A stretch of 64,000 nucleotides of DNA. Origin: an uncultured bacterium. GTDB taxonomy: Bacteria > Verrucomicrobiota > Verrucomicrobiia > Verrucomicrobiales > DEV007. This document shows positions 35,129 through 45,494 of this stretch, one piece after another. Numbering within the stretch: the stretch's first letter is position 1; the number at the start of each line of letters is the position of its first letter. The stretch is taken from contig CAXBMO010000001.1 in assembly GCA_963977015.1 (NCBI GenBank), positions 448,001 to 512,000 of the forward strand, read 5' to 3'. A program made the position numbers and the translations under genes. Under the pieces are notes generated by a model. It saw only the letters and a list, made by a program, of their open reading frames with translations, searched no databases and was not told where the DNA came from.

Positions 35129-36667
35129 ATGAAAGCCCTCATCCCCTTTGCTCTCATCACCTTTGCCAGCCTGCTCCAGGCGGAAGACAAACCGAACCTG
35201 ATCTTTATCCTCGCCGACGATCAAGGATTTGGAGATGTTTCCGCGCTGAATCCGGAATCGAAAATTCCCACGCCAAACATCGACCGGATCGCGAAAGAAG
35301 GGATGACCTTTACCGATGGGCACTCTTCCTCAGCGGTTTGCACCCCAACGCGTTATTCCGTGCTGACAGGCCGTTATCATTGGCGGACCCGCCTTCAAAA
35401 GGGAGTTTTGGGAGGCTTTTCCAAGCCGCTGATTTCGTCCGGAAGATTCACGATTGCCTCGATGCTGAAGGAGCACGACTACGACACGGCGTGCATCGGA
35501 AAATGGCATTTGGGTTGGGATTGGCCCTTGAAAGGTGGGGGGACGGCGGACGATGGCGGCAACTTTTCCGGTGGCTTCAAGGATGGGGCCCGGGTCGACT
35601 ATGCCAGGGAAATCAAGAATGGACCGAACGACGTCGGGTTTGATTACTTCTTTGGGATCAGTGCATCGCTCGATATGCCGCCCTACGTGTATGTGCGAAA
35701 TCGGGTTCCCACGGAATTGGCGACGGTGCAGAAAGCTTTTCATCGCAAAGGTCCTGCCGGCGTGAATTTTGAGGCCGTGGATGTGTTGCCGCGGATTACG
35801 GAAGAGACCGTCAAGTTCATTGACGATCACGCCAAATCAGAAAAGCCCTTCTTCATCTATTTCCCGTTGAATGCGCCGCACACGCCGATTGTGCCAACCA
35901 AGGAATGGAAAGGGAAAAGCGGGATCAATGACTACGTGGACTTCACGATGCAGGTCGATTGGACGGTTGGCGAAGTGCTCAACGCACTCGACAAAAATGG
36001 AATTGCGGAAAATACGTTGGTTCTGTTCACCACCGACAACGGGTGCTCGCCCCAGGCGAATTTTTCCGAGTTGGAAGCGGCCGGCCACGATCACAATTAC
36101 ATTTATCGCGGGCATAAGGCCGATATCTACGAAGGCGGCCATCGCGTGCCGTTTCTGGTTCGTTGGCCCGCGAAAGTTGAGGCCGGAACCCGAACGGATC
36201 AGCTCGTCGGCCAGTTTGATTTTGTGGCGACCGCTGGAGAGATTGTTGGAGCGACAGTGCCGGAAACCGGCGCGGAAGACAGCGTCTCCTTTCTTCCCGT
36301 GCTGACAGGAACGGCAACCGGGCCAATTCGAAACTCGATCGTTTCGCAGTCCATCGGTGGCCAATTTGCGATTCGAGATGGGGATTGGAAGCTGTGCCTG
36401 TGTCCCGGATCCGGCGGTTGGAGTGATCCGCGTCCCGGCCGGGTGGATTTTTCCGAGTTTCCGCCGGTTCAGCTGTTTGACCTCTCGAAAGACCCCGGTG
36501 AAGAGAACAATCTCGCTCCGGATCATCCTGATCGGGTCGAAGCGATGAAAGCCATGTTGCAGAAGGTGATCAATGATGGAAGATCGACTCCGGGCCCAGA
36601 ACTTAAAAACGATGCCGAAATTGTGATGATCAAGCCGATCTCCAAGCCTCGCCCGAAAAAGAAGTAG
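35129..36667 (+). CDS. Type I (Cys-type) arylsulfatase
   Basis: ILADDQG, CTPTR, GKWHLG and EGGHRVPF motifs; signal peptide. Confidence 0.95.
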   Translation: MKALIPFALITFASLLQAEDKPNLIFILADDQGFGDVSALNPESKIPTPNIDRIAKEGMTFTDGHSSSAVCTPTRYSVLTGRYHWRTRLQKGVLGGFSKPLISSGRFTIASMLKEHDYDTACIGKWHLGWDWPLKGGGTADDGGNFSGGFKDGARVDYAREIKNGPNDVGFDYFFGISASLDMPPYVYVRNRVPTELATVQKAFHRKGPAGVNFEAVDVLPRITEETVKFIDDHAKSEKPFFIYFPLNAPHTPIVPTKEWKGKSGINDYVDFTMQVDWTVGEVLNALDKNGIAENTLVLFTTDNGCSPQANFSELEAAGHDHNYIYRGHKADIYEGGHRVPFLVRWPAKVEAGTRTDQLVGQFDFVATAGEIVGATVPETGAEDSVSFLPVLTGTATGPIRNSIVSQSIGGQFAIRDGDWKLCLCPGSGGWSDPRPGRVDFSEFPPVQLFDLSKDPGEENNLAPDHPDRVEAMKAMLQKVINDGRSTPGPELKNDAEIVMIKPISKPRPKKK

Positions 36668-36710
36668 CAGTCCGGTTGCCAACCGAACATCCCTCAACGA
36701 AGAACCCACC

Positions 36711-38279
36711 ATGAGTCAACCCGTTTTGATTGCCGGAGAATGGCGCGCTGCCCATTCTTCTTCCACGTTTCACGCTGAAAACCCCGCAACGAAGTCACCG
36801 CTTCCTGACGAATACCCGGTTAGCGCGTGGGCGGATTGCGATGCGGCGTTGGATTCCGCTGCGGCCGCATTTGAAGAGTTGCTTGGCACCGCGCCAGACA
36901 AGATTGCTGCATTTCTTGAGGCGTTCGCTTCCAACATCGAGGCGCGAAAGGACGAGTTGGTTGAAATGGCCAATTCGGAATCCGGATTGCCGGTTTCGCC
37001 GCGTTTGGCTGATGTTGAATTGCCGAGAACGACCAATCAGCTTCGTCAGGCCGCGGAGGCGGCTCGCGAGGGCAGCTGGGCGATGCCGACCATCGATACT
37101 CAGGCCGGGATTCGATCCGTCTATCGGGCGATTGGTCCGGTTTGTGTGTTTGGTCCCAACAACTTTCCGTTCGCGTTCAACAGCATGGCCGGAGGCGATT
37201 TTGCCGCCGCCATTGCCGCAGGAAACCCGGTGATTGCGAAGGCGAATTCTTCTCATCCCGGCACGACGCGACTGTTTGCGGAGGAGGCTCACAAGGCTGC
37301 TCAGGCAACCGGGATGCCAGCTGGGATGGTGCAACTGATTTACCGGACGGGCCACGCCGACGGCGAGAAATTGGTGAGTGATCCCCGCGTTGGAGCGACC
37401 GGTTACACCGGAAGCCGGAGCGCCGGTCTCAAGCTCAAGGCCGCCGCCGACCGCGCCGGAAAGCCCATTTACCTCGAGCTTTCGAGCGTCAATCCCGTGG
37501 TGATTTTGCCGGGAGCAATCGCGGAGCGGGCGGATGCACTGGCAGAGGAATTCACGATGAGCTGCTTGATGGGAACCGGTCAGTTTTGCACCAATCCCGG
37601 GATGGTCCTTCTGGTTGAAGGGGAGGGAACCGACGAATTTGTCCAAGACGTTGCCAAGCGATTTGGCGCCGCTCCGGTTGGCACGCTGCTTTCCAAAGCG
37701 GTGGAGTCATCGTTGAGTGGAAATCTCGGGGTGTTGGTTGCGAACGGGGCCGAAGTGCTGGTCGGCAATGCGCCGGGAGATTCCAGCCGGTATTCGGTGG
37801 CCAACACGCTGCTTCGCGTCAGTGGAGACAAGTTTCTGGCCGATCCGGAGACCATGCAGACGGAGGCGTTTGGGAACGCGTCGCTGATTGTTACGGCCAA
37901 GGACCTTGATCAGGCATCCGAAATTCTGAAGGCGCTGGAAGGCAATCTCACCGGCAGCATTTACAGCGAGACGGGTGAGGTTGATGACGCCGCCTACCGG
38001 AAACTGGAGCCGATTCTCCGCCAGAAAGTCGGTCGGCTGCTCAACGACAAAATGCCGACTGGCGTTGCGGTCTCCGCAGCGATGAATCACGGCGGTCCCT
38101 TTCCCGCAACCGGTCATCCCGGCTTTACCGCGGTCGGCATTCCCGGATCCCTACTGCGATTTGCCATGTTGCAGAGTTATGACGCGGTTCGGCCCCATCG
38201 GCTTCCTGCCAGCTTGCAGGACGAGCGATCCAACGAGTCTCAATGGCGCCGAATCGACGGTCGCTGGGTTCAGGCCTGA
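36711..38279 (+). CDS. NADP-dependent aldehyde dehydrogenase (alpha-ketoglutaric semialdehyde dehydrogenase-like)
   Basis: NNFPFAF, AGGDFAAA, YTGS, ELSSVNP, GQFCTNPG and MPTGVAV...HGGPFPAT motifs. Confidence 0.9.
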   Translation: MSQPVLIAGEWRAAHSSSTFHAENPATKSPLPDEYPVSAWADCDAALDSAAAAFEELLGTAPDKIAAFLEAFASNIEARKDELVEMANSESGLPVSPRLADVELPRTTNQLRQAAEAAREGSWAMPTIDTQAGIRSVYRAIGPVCVFGPNNFPFAFNSMAGGDFAAAIAAGNPVIAKANSSHPGTTRLFAEEAHKAAQATGMPAGMVQLIYRTGHADGEKLVSDPRVGATGYTGSRSAGLKLKAAADRAGKPIYLELSSVNPVVILPGAIAERADALAEEFTMSCLMGTGQFCTNPGMVLLVEGEGTDEFVQDVAKRFGAAPVGTLLSKAVESSLSGNLGVLVANGAEVLVGNAPGDSSRYSVANTLLRVSGDKFLADPETMQTEAFGNASLIVTAKDLDQASEILKALEGNLTGSIYSETGEVDDAAYRKLEPILRQKVGRLLNDKMPTGVAVSAAMNHGGPFPATGHPGFTAVGIPGSLLRFAMLQSYDAVRPHRLPASLQDERSNESQWRRIDGRWVQA

Positions 38280-38296
38280 TTGCCTGGAGCTGAGGA

Positions 38297-38896
38297 TCAA
38301 TCCGAAGAACTCGCCTCGATTCTCTCAGTCTTCGTCTCGATGAGGTGAAGACTGGAGGATCGTCCACTCTTCTTCATTTCGTATCTCGTGCTGGTTCGCA
38401 GCCGGTTGCCGAAGAGGTCCTCATGCTCGAGAACGAGTTTCAAGAGCGGCTCCCCGTCAAAAATGGCGGTGGCCTTGTCCGTGGGAACCGGTGCCGTGAT
38501 GGCGAAGTCACGTCGCAGTCGGATGTCTTGAGGCAATTGCGTTTGGAGTCCGGCCAAAACCGGAGCTGAAACCGGCGTTTCAAGCATTGGTGAATCCCCG
38601 ACAAAGACCTGCCCGGTCAAGTTGTGGGCAGGATTCGGACTGAGGTTCACGACGCGGGCAAAGAATTCGACGTGAGAGATCTTTCCGCCCTCCAGAACCT
38701 CCTGAAAGAGCGGTTGTTCCGGGATCAGCAGAGGAGCATACGTCCGCTGGAGCGACTCTTCGGAGCTGGTGAGTTGCGAGCGGGAAAGTTGGTTCGCTTC
38801 AATGGAGATCCAAATGGCGGCCAAAATGGGGGCAAGCTTCAGGAGCTCGATCGACAGTGTCGCGAAGAAAGAGGGGCGAGGCGCAGGTTCACTCAT
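38297..38896 (-). CDS. Hypothetical N-terminally anchored protein
   Basis: Hydrophobic segment, short coil, beta-rich domain; fills the gap downstream of the CNNM pair. Confidence 0.6.
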   Translation of the reverse strand: MSEPAPRPSFFATLSIELLKLAPILAAIWISIEANQLSRSQLTSSEESLQRTYAPLLIPEQPLFQEVLEGGKISHVEFFARVVNLSPNPAHNLTGQVFVGDSPMLETPVSAPVLAGLQTQLPQDIRLRRDFAITAPVPTDKATAIFDGEPLLKLVLEHEDLFGNRLRTSTRYEMKKSGRSSSLHLIETKTERIEASSSD

Positions 38897-38943
38897 GGCA
38901 CACATCTATCAGATGATCGGCCCCAACATCCAAAGAAATTTTG

Positions 38944-39903
38944 TCAGCTTTCGTCAGGAAGCATCATGGCTTGCACAATATCGTGGGAACTGACGATTCC
39001 CAGGGGACGACCACGGGGGCTGTAGACCGCTGAAATCTCGACTCGAGCGCGCCGCAACCGTTCGAGGACTCGAATGGCCTTTTCATCCGGGGACGAGCGA
39101 ATGAGGCGGCGGATGAAATCGCTGACGCGCTTGTGTTTGGAATCATCGCGCAGAACTTCAATGACGCGAATCAGTCCGACCAGATCGCCGCTGCTGGACA
39201 TGACCGGAAACTGGTCAAAATTCGTGTCTTTCGCCAATTGGATGACCGAATCCAGAGGCATCTCCAGCGGGATGGCGGTGACTTTTCGCAAGGGCAGCAT
39301 CACTTCACGGGCCGTCACATTTTCAAAGTCGAGAACCTGCTTGATCAACTCCGTTTCGTCCTCTTCCAGCGTTCCTTCCTTTTGAATCGACGTGGTCAAC
39401 TCGCGAAACGCTTCTCGACTTTGATCCAATGAAGGCGGTTTCTCAGGCTGGTCGCCAGACGAATCGTTGCTGCCGAAGATTCCTTGTGCCACCCAAACGA
39501 TGGGCCGGAAAAGGAGATCCAAAGCTTCCAGGATTCCGACCATTCGGGAAAGGAGGCGAAATGGGAAGTTTCGGAAAATCGATTTCGGAATCAGTTCGAT
39601 CCACAAAATGTAAAGTGGCAGGGAAACCAAAAACGCGAGGAGAAAGCCCCACGTATCGAAAATCCGGGTGAGGGAAAGCGCGATGAGCCCAAACGCGAAA
39701 ATGTTGCACGCGTTGTTGATCACCAACGTGATCAACAGAATGCGCCGTGGTTCCTGAAGCAGGGTGATGAGCCGGGTGGCGGCGGCATTTCCCAGTTCCG
39801 CGTGGTGCCGCAATCGCGCCCGTGTGATCGAAAGCAAAGCCGCTTCCACGCCGGAAAAGACGAAGGAAATCACGACCAGAATTGTGATCAAGATCCAGAC
39901 CAT
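38944..39903 (-). CDS. CNNM/DUF21-CBS domain protein
   Basis: FSGVEAAL, ELIPK, TAREVMLP and a CBS pair; no CorC_HlyC domain. Confidence 0.9.
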   Translation of the reverse strand: MVWILITILVVISFVFSGVEAALLSITRARLRHHAELGNAAATRLITLLQEPRRILLITLVINNACNIFAFGLIALSLTRIFDTWGFLLAFLVSLPLYILWIELIPKSIFRNFPFRLLSRMVGILEALDLLFRPIVWVAQGIFGSNDSSGDQPEKPPSLDQSREAFRELTTSIQKEGTLEEDETELIKQVLDFENVTAREVMLPLRKVTAIPLEMPLDSVIQLAKDTNFDQFPVMSSSGDLVGLIRVIEVLRDDSKHKRVSDFIRRLIRSSPDEKAIRVLERLRRARVEISAVYSPRGRPLGIVSSHDIVQAMMLPDES

Positions 39904-39905
39904 CG

Positions 39906-41147
39906 TTACGTTCGTTCGATCAGAAGTTCTTTGATGCGCTTGGCTTTGACTTGGCGGACCACCACCTTCACCGAACCCAGATCAAGTCGTTCACCAGGAA
40001 GGGGCAGGTGACCAAGCCGGTTAAAAACCAATCCCCCGATCGTGTCCAGGCCGTCGGCGGTCAGGTCAACGCCCAACGCATCGCTAACTTCGTCCAGTCG
40101 AGCCGCACCACTGGCGACGACTCGATCCGAGGAAAGAAACTCGAAGTCTGTTTCTTCACCATTGAGCGCAGTGGTTGGATCACTCACAAATTCCTGAATG
40201 ATGTCTTCGTGGGTCAGGACCCCTTCTGTCCCACCATACTCATCCAACACGACCACAATGCTGTGGGGTTCCCGCAGATACTCCTGAAAAACGGTGAGTG
40301 CTTCCATCGTTTCGGGGACGAAAACGGGAGGCTCAATGGCGCGTTGGAGACTGCCGTCGCGACTTTGAAGGGCGACTCGCACATCGAGAATCCCGGTAAT
40401 CTTGTCCGCGGTGTTTCGGTAGAGTGGAACCTTCCAGTAGTGACCTTGTTTCAACTGGGCGAAAATCTCCTCCTTCTTCAAATCTGCAGGTAGGGCAAAG
40501 GCGTTGACTCTCGCGGTCATGCAATCCTTGGCCGTCTTGTTTCCCAGTTTCACGATTTCCGCGATGATCTCACTTTCGCTCTCGTTCAGGGTTCCTTCTT
40601 CGCGGTGAATCTCGACCAACGCCTCATATTCGTCCTCCGTGTAGGACGTTTGTGGTCGCTGCGATGCCGGAATGACGAGATTCTCAATTCTTTCCGCCGA
40701 CTTCTGAAATCCGGAAGCGATCGGAGAAATGAGCGGACGAAGAAAAAAATAGGTTCTGACAAAAAGCCGGAACGCGGCAATCGGGTTCATCATTGCGAAA
40801 AGCTTGGGAAGCAGATCGCAAAGCAGGATGATTCCGGCCAAGGCGCTGGCCGCAGCTATGCGGGGATGCGGCTTAAGGAACTCCCAGTGGCTGATCAGGT
40901 AGATGCAGATCAGAATCAGGCTGAGGTTGAGGAAGGCGGAAAGAATCAAGATTCGAATCTGGCTCTGTTCCGAGTTCCGCAGAATCAGCCGCAATCGTGC
41001 CTGCATCCGGGAATCTCCCCGCACGAGTCCCGTGGCATGGTTGGACCGCAAGAGGAAGACCGCGGTCTCGAATCCGGAGACGATGGCGGCGAGCGCGACC
41101 AGTAGAGTGGTTACGCCGATGAAAATTCCTGAAAGCCAGAGTGACAC
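39906..41147 (-). CDS. CNNM/DUF21-CBS-CorC protein (hemolysin/CorB-like Mg2+ transporter family)
   Basis: SGFETAVF, DLLPK, VFVPET, VLDEYGGTEG and DTIGGLVFNRLGHLP motifs; GTG start. Confidence 0.92.
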   Translation of the reverse strand: MSLWLSGIFIGVTTLLVALAAIVSGFETAVFLLRSNHATGLVRGDSRMQARLRLILRNSEQSQIRILILSAFLNLSLILICIYLISHWEFLKPHPRIAAASALAGIILLCDLLPKLFAMMNPIAAFRLFVRTYFFLRPLISPIASGFQKSAERIENLVIPASQRPQTSYTEDEYEALVEIHREEGTLNESESEIIAEIVKLGNKTAKDCMTARVNAFALPADLKKEEIFAQLKQGHYWKVPLYRNTADKITGILDVRVALQSRDGSLQRAIEPPVFVPETMEALTVFQEYLREPHSIVVVLDEYGGTEGVLTHEDIIQEFVSDPTTALNGEETDFEFLSSDRVVASGAARLDEVSDALGVDLTADGLDTIGGLVFNRLGHLPLPGERLDLGSVKVVVRQVKAKRIKELLIERT

Positions 41148-41207
41148 GGATTGCGGTGCGAAAACCTGACAGAAAACGGGAAAGCCGCGAACAAATTCCG
41201 CGAAAGA

Positions 41208-41705
41208 TTATGCCTTCAAGTTGATGTGCTGAAATTCGCCTTCGGTCGTGTCATACATTCCAAAACTGGGGTCGCCGAATCGCCCCATGATTTCGCCTGG
41301 ATTTGCCCAGATTGTTTCCCCGAAATGATGCACATACTTCAGATGATCGTGACCGCTGAAGACGGCATCCAACTCGCCTGACTGGGCAATCCGTTTCGCG
41401 ATTTCAGGGTAATGGTTGAGCGCAAGTTTGCGATTCCCCAGCTCGAGCTCAGCATACTGCCCATGGAGTTGGACGTGATCAAATCCGTTCGCGATTTGCG
41501 ATAGCAGAAATGGATCACCGTCATTGTTTCCAAAGACCGCATGAATCGGCCCCGGGAAGTTTTCCGCGATCTGTTTCAGCGTGAATGGAGCGCAAAAATC
41601 TCCCAAAAACAGCAATGCTTCCGCACCAAGCTCCTTGGCTTGGTCGAGGGCGATCTGCAGATTGCCGAGCTGGTCGTGAATGTCGGAAAAGATGGCGATC
41701 TTCAT
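41208..41705 (-). CDS. YfcE/MJ0936-family metallophosphodiesterase
   Basis: FSDIHD, LGD, GNND, NHYP, GHDH and NPGE motifs. Confidence 0.92.
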   Translation of the reverse strand: MKIAIFSDIHDQLGNLQIALDQAKELGAEALLFLGDFCAPFTLKQIAENFPGPIHAVFGNNDGDPFLLSQIANGFDHVQLHGQYAELELGNRKLALNHYPEIAKRIAQSGELDAVFSGHDHLKYVHHFGETIWANPGEIMGRFGDPSFGMYDTTEGEFQHINLKA

Positions 41706-41733
41706 GATTCCAGCGCCATCCTGTTTCGGCGGG

Positions 41734-43284
41734 TTACCATCCGGCTTCGTCTCGAACCTTCAGCATCGAATCCAGAATGGTGTTCCAGGTCTGCTGCGTT
41801 TCGAGCGTGGCATTCGGGAACATGCAGCCATCCCAGCAGATGTGCTTGATGCCGCGTGCCGGAGCATCTCTCAGCCAGTAACTGGAACACTTCACGATGT
41901 CGAGTTTGCCGTTGGGATCATCTGCGGGGCAATGCTTGCCGGTCTTGTCGTGAGAACCGGATCCATGCACCTCTCCGTCATTCTGGGCAACGTGGAAATC
42001 GATCGTCCAGGGGCGAAGCGCCGCAGTCATTTTCTCGTAGGCGGCCCAAAATTCTTCGTCAGAATAACCTTTCTGAAGGAGTGCGTGCTCCGGGGCATTG
42101 TAGCCCATGAGGTAGAGGTAGGTGTGTGCCAGGTCCGCTTGGAAACCGAGACTCTCGGGCATTCCGACTTCTTCGAGGAGATTGAGCATGTCCTTCCAGC
42201 TGTGCATTCCCGCCCAGCAGATTTCACCCTCAGCAGCGAGTCGCTCGCCGTTGTCAGCCGCAATTTTGGCGGCTTCGCGGAAGGTCACCGCGATTTTGCG
42301 GGTGTTTCCTTCGGGATCTTTCGACCAGTTTTCCGGGCTGTCCGCAGAGTCGATCCGAATGACGCCGTATTGGCGAACACCGTGATCATTGAAGATTTTG
42401 GCGATGCGGCAGGCTTTCTCGACTGCGGTGATGAACTTTCCGCGCTGTTCGGCATCACCCATGGCGGAGTCACCGACCGTTCCGGGCCAAATCGGAGCCA
42501 CGAGCGATCCAACCACCAGGTCTTTTGCCGCGATTTGGTCTGCGATTTTCTTCAGATCATCCTCACTTGCATCGGGATCCGTGTGGGGATGGAAGAGGAA
42601 GTAGTCGATCCCGTCGAACTTCTTGCCGCCGACTTCCGCATTGGCCGTCAACTCGAGCATGCGCTCCAAACTGATGGGCGGCTCTTGGCCTTCGTCGGTT
42701 CCTTTCCCGACCAAGCCGGGCCACATGGCGTTGTGCAATTTAGGGGATGCGTGAGACATAGGTTTTTCTTGAGTAGATTTTGGAGTTGCCGATATGGCGG
42801 TAGCCACGCCGGTCGCAGCCATTGATACGTCGGTTTTAAGTTCCGAACCGAGACCGGTTGCGGTGGAGGCAACAGACGAAGCTGCTTCCGAAATCGAGTT
42901 TTTCGCGTCGCTGAGGTCGTGTTTTACCTCCGCGGCCGCTTCTGAGACTAGTTCTTTGGTCGATGAAGCCGCTTCGACCAACGCCTCTTTGGCGTGGTTC
43001 GCGGCTTCTGAGATGGCGTCGCCAGCCGTGGTCAACTTGGTGACGGCCGTGTCTTTGGCGTGGGTGACAGCATCCGTTGCATGATGAACCGCATCGCTGA
43101 CCGCTTCCTTTGCGCTGGATGCCGCGGCCGAGAGTTCTTCACCCGCTTTCTTCAGATGATCACTCGCCTGAGTTCCGAGATCGCTGGTGCTGGGCTTGGA
43201 TTCAGCCGTCGCTTCGTCGGAATTGATCTGCTGCTTGCTGAAAAGCCCTCGGCTCTTTTTTTTGTTCTTACCGAATCCAAACAT
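41734..43284 (-). CDS. Xylose-isomerase-like TIM-barrel sugar isomerase with an in-frame N-terminal LEA-like extension (internal ATG at 42759)
   Basis: [38 protein letters not shown] and ICWDG motifs; the first ~175 aa are Ala/Ser/Glu/Lys-rich repeats. Confidence 0.85.
   Translation of the reverse strand: MFGFGKNKKKSRGLFSKQQINSDEATAESKPSTSDLGTQASDHLKKAGEELSAAASSAKEAVSDAVHHATDAVTHAKDTAVTKLTTAGDAISEAANHAKEALVEAASSTKELVSEAAAEVKHDLSDAKNSISEAASSVASTATGLGSELKTDVSMAATGVATAISATPKSTQEKPMSHASPKLHNAMWPGLVGKGTDEGQEPPISLERMLELTANAEVGGKKFDGIDYFLFHPHTDPDASEDDLKKIADQIAAKDLVVGSLVAPIWPGTVGDSAMGDAEQRGKFITAVEKACRIAKIFNDHGVRQYGVIRIDSADSPENWSKDPEGNTRKIAVTFREAAKIAADNGERLAAEGEICWAGMHSWKDMLNLLEEVGMPESLGFQADLAHTYLYLMGYNAPEHALLQKGYSDEEFWAAYEKMTAALRPWTIDFHVAQNDGEVHGSGSHDKTGKHCPADDPNGKLDIVKCSSYWLRDAPARGIKHICWDGCMFPNATLETQQTWNTILDSMLKVRDEAGW
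42860..43170 (-). repeat. LEA/apolipoprotein-like 11-mer amphipathic repeats
   Basis: [11 protein letters not shown] / [11 protein letters not shown] / [11 protein letters not shown] / [11 protein letters not shown] / [11 protein letters not shown]; boundaries approximate. Confidence 0.7.
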
Positions 43285-43318
43285 GGCCCGAGTGTTTGTA
43301 AGTTGTGAGGTTGGAGGG

Positions 43319-44272
43319 TTAGCTGGATTGCTTCAGTTCCTCGTAGAGAGCAAACGCTTCTTTTGGTTTCATCCCTTCGTGAACCACGCCGCGAACGGCT
43401 TTCATCATCGGAACAGGAGCGTCGGATTGGAAGATGTTGCGACCCATATCGACTCCGGAGGCCCCTTGTTCGCAGGCTTCATAAGCCATCGTCAGGGCAT
43501 CCAGTTCAGGACGCTTTTTGCCACCGGCAATCACGATGGGAACCGGGCAGCAACTGGTGATGGTGTCAAAGTCTTCATCGGTGTGATAGCACTTCACAAC
43601 GTGACAACCCAACTCCGCCATGATGCGGGTTGCCATGCGGAAATATTTCGCGGTCCGCTCCATCGACCGTCCCACGGCAACAACACCCATGACGGCGATT
43701 CCGTAGCGGTTGGCGGCGTCGATTGTTTTGGTGAGGTTTTGCAACGAACGGCGCTCGTGAGCGCTGCCGATGAAAACCTGGACGGCCAGGACCGAGGCGT
43801 TAAGGCGCAGGGCGTCTTCAATATCAACGGCGGTATCTTCGTAGGAAAGTGGCTCGTAACCGGGGCGCTCCAGCCTGACCGGTTTTCCGTCCCATTCACC
43901 TTCCCAGGCATCGCTCGGGCTGATCATGGAAGTTCCGCCGGATGCACGAAGGGCGATCGCTTTCTGGGTTGAAGCGGGAATGATCGAGCGCTGGATTCCG
44001 CGGGTCAGCATCAAGCAGTCGCAGTGAGGTTCCAGCGGCAAAATGGCCTGGTCCACGCGTTCCAACCCGGTGGTTGGTCCCATGAAGTAGCCGTGGTCGA
44101 AGGCCAACATGATGGTTCGGCCGGTCTTGGGATTGAAGACCTTCGAAAGGCGATTTTGAAGACCCCAATCGTATTGGTGAGAGCCTTTGAGGAAGAACCC
44201 AGGAGTTTCCTGAGGAACATCGGTGTAAAATTCCTTCTCTTTGATGTCTTTGGTTCCGTCGAGGTCAGCCAT
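43319..44272 (-). CDS. lsrF: LsrF-like class I aldolase/thiolase
   Basis: MADLD...LKG...[36 protein letters not shown] Schiff-base Lys, [16 protein letters not shown]. Confidence 0.92.
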   Translation of the reverse strand: MADLDGTKDIKEKEFYTDVPQETPGFFLKGSHQYDWGLQNRLSKVFNPKTGRTIMLAFDHGYFMGPTTGLERVDQAILPLEPHCDCLMLTRGIQRSIIPASTQKAIALRASGGTSMISPSDAWEGEWDGKPVRLERPGYEPLSYEDTAVDIEDALRLNASVLAVQVFIGSAHERRSLQNLTKTIDAANRYGIAVMGVVAVGRSMERTAKYFRMATRIMAELGCHVVKCYHTDEDFDTITSCCPVPIVIAGGKKRPELDALTMAYEACEQGASGVDMGRNIFQSDAPVPMMKAVRGVVHEGMKPKEAFALYEELKQSS

Positions 44273-44418
44273 GGTCGTAGGTGTTTAGGGTTGGTTTTGG
44301 TAAGGTCTCAATTCATTTCATAGCGAGCGATGAAACGGGGTCAAGCGTAGTCTCACATCGCCTCCCAGGGCGAGAACTTTCGCCACTTTTGCGTGGAAAC
44401 ATTCCGGCGAGACCGACT

Positions 44419-44446
44419 TTGACGAAGCCCGTCTCCCGCCTACCAT
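44419..44446 (+). promoter_or_regulatory. Sigma70-like promoter TTGACG-N16-TACCAT, 6 nt before ATG (leaderless)
   Basis: Read directly from the sequence; no SD upstream of ATG 44453. Confidence 0.6.
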
Positions 44447-44452
44447 CACCAC

Positions 44453-45493
<1,041 letters not shown>

Positions 45494-45494
45494 G

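Noticed and set aside
38944-41147. Tandem CNNM/CBS paralogs
   Set aside because: A common arrangement in many bacteria.
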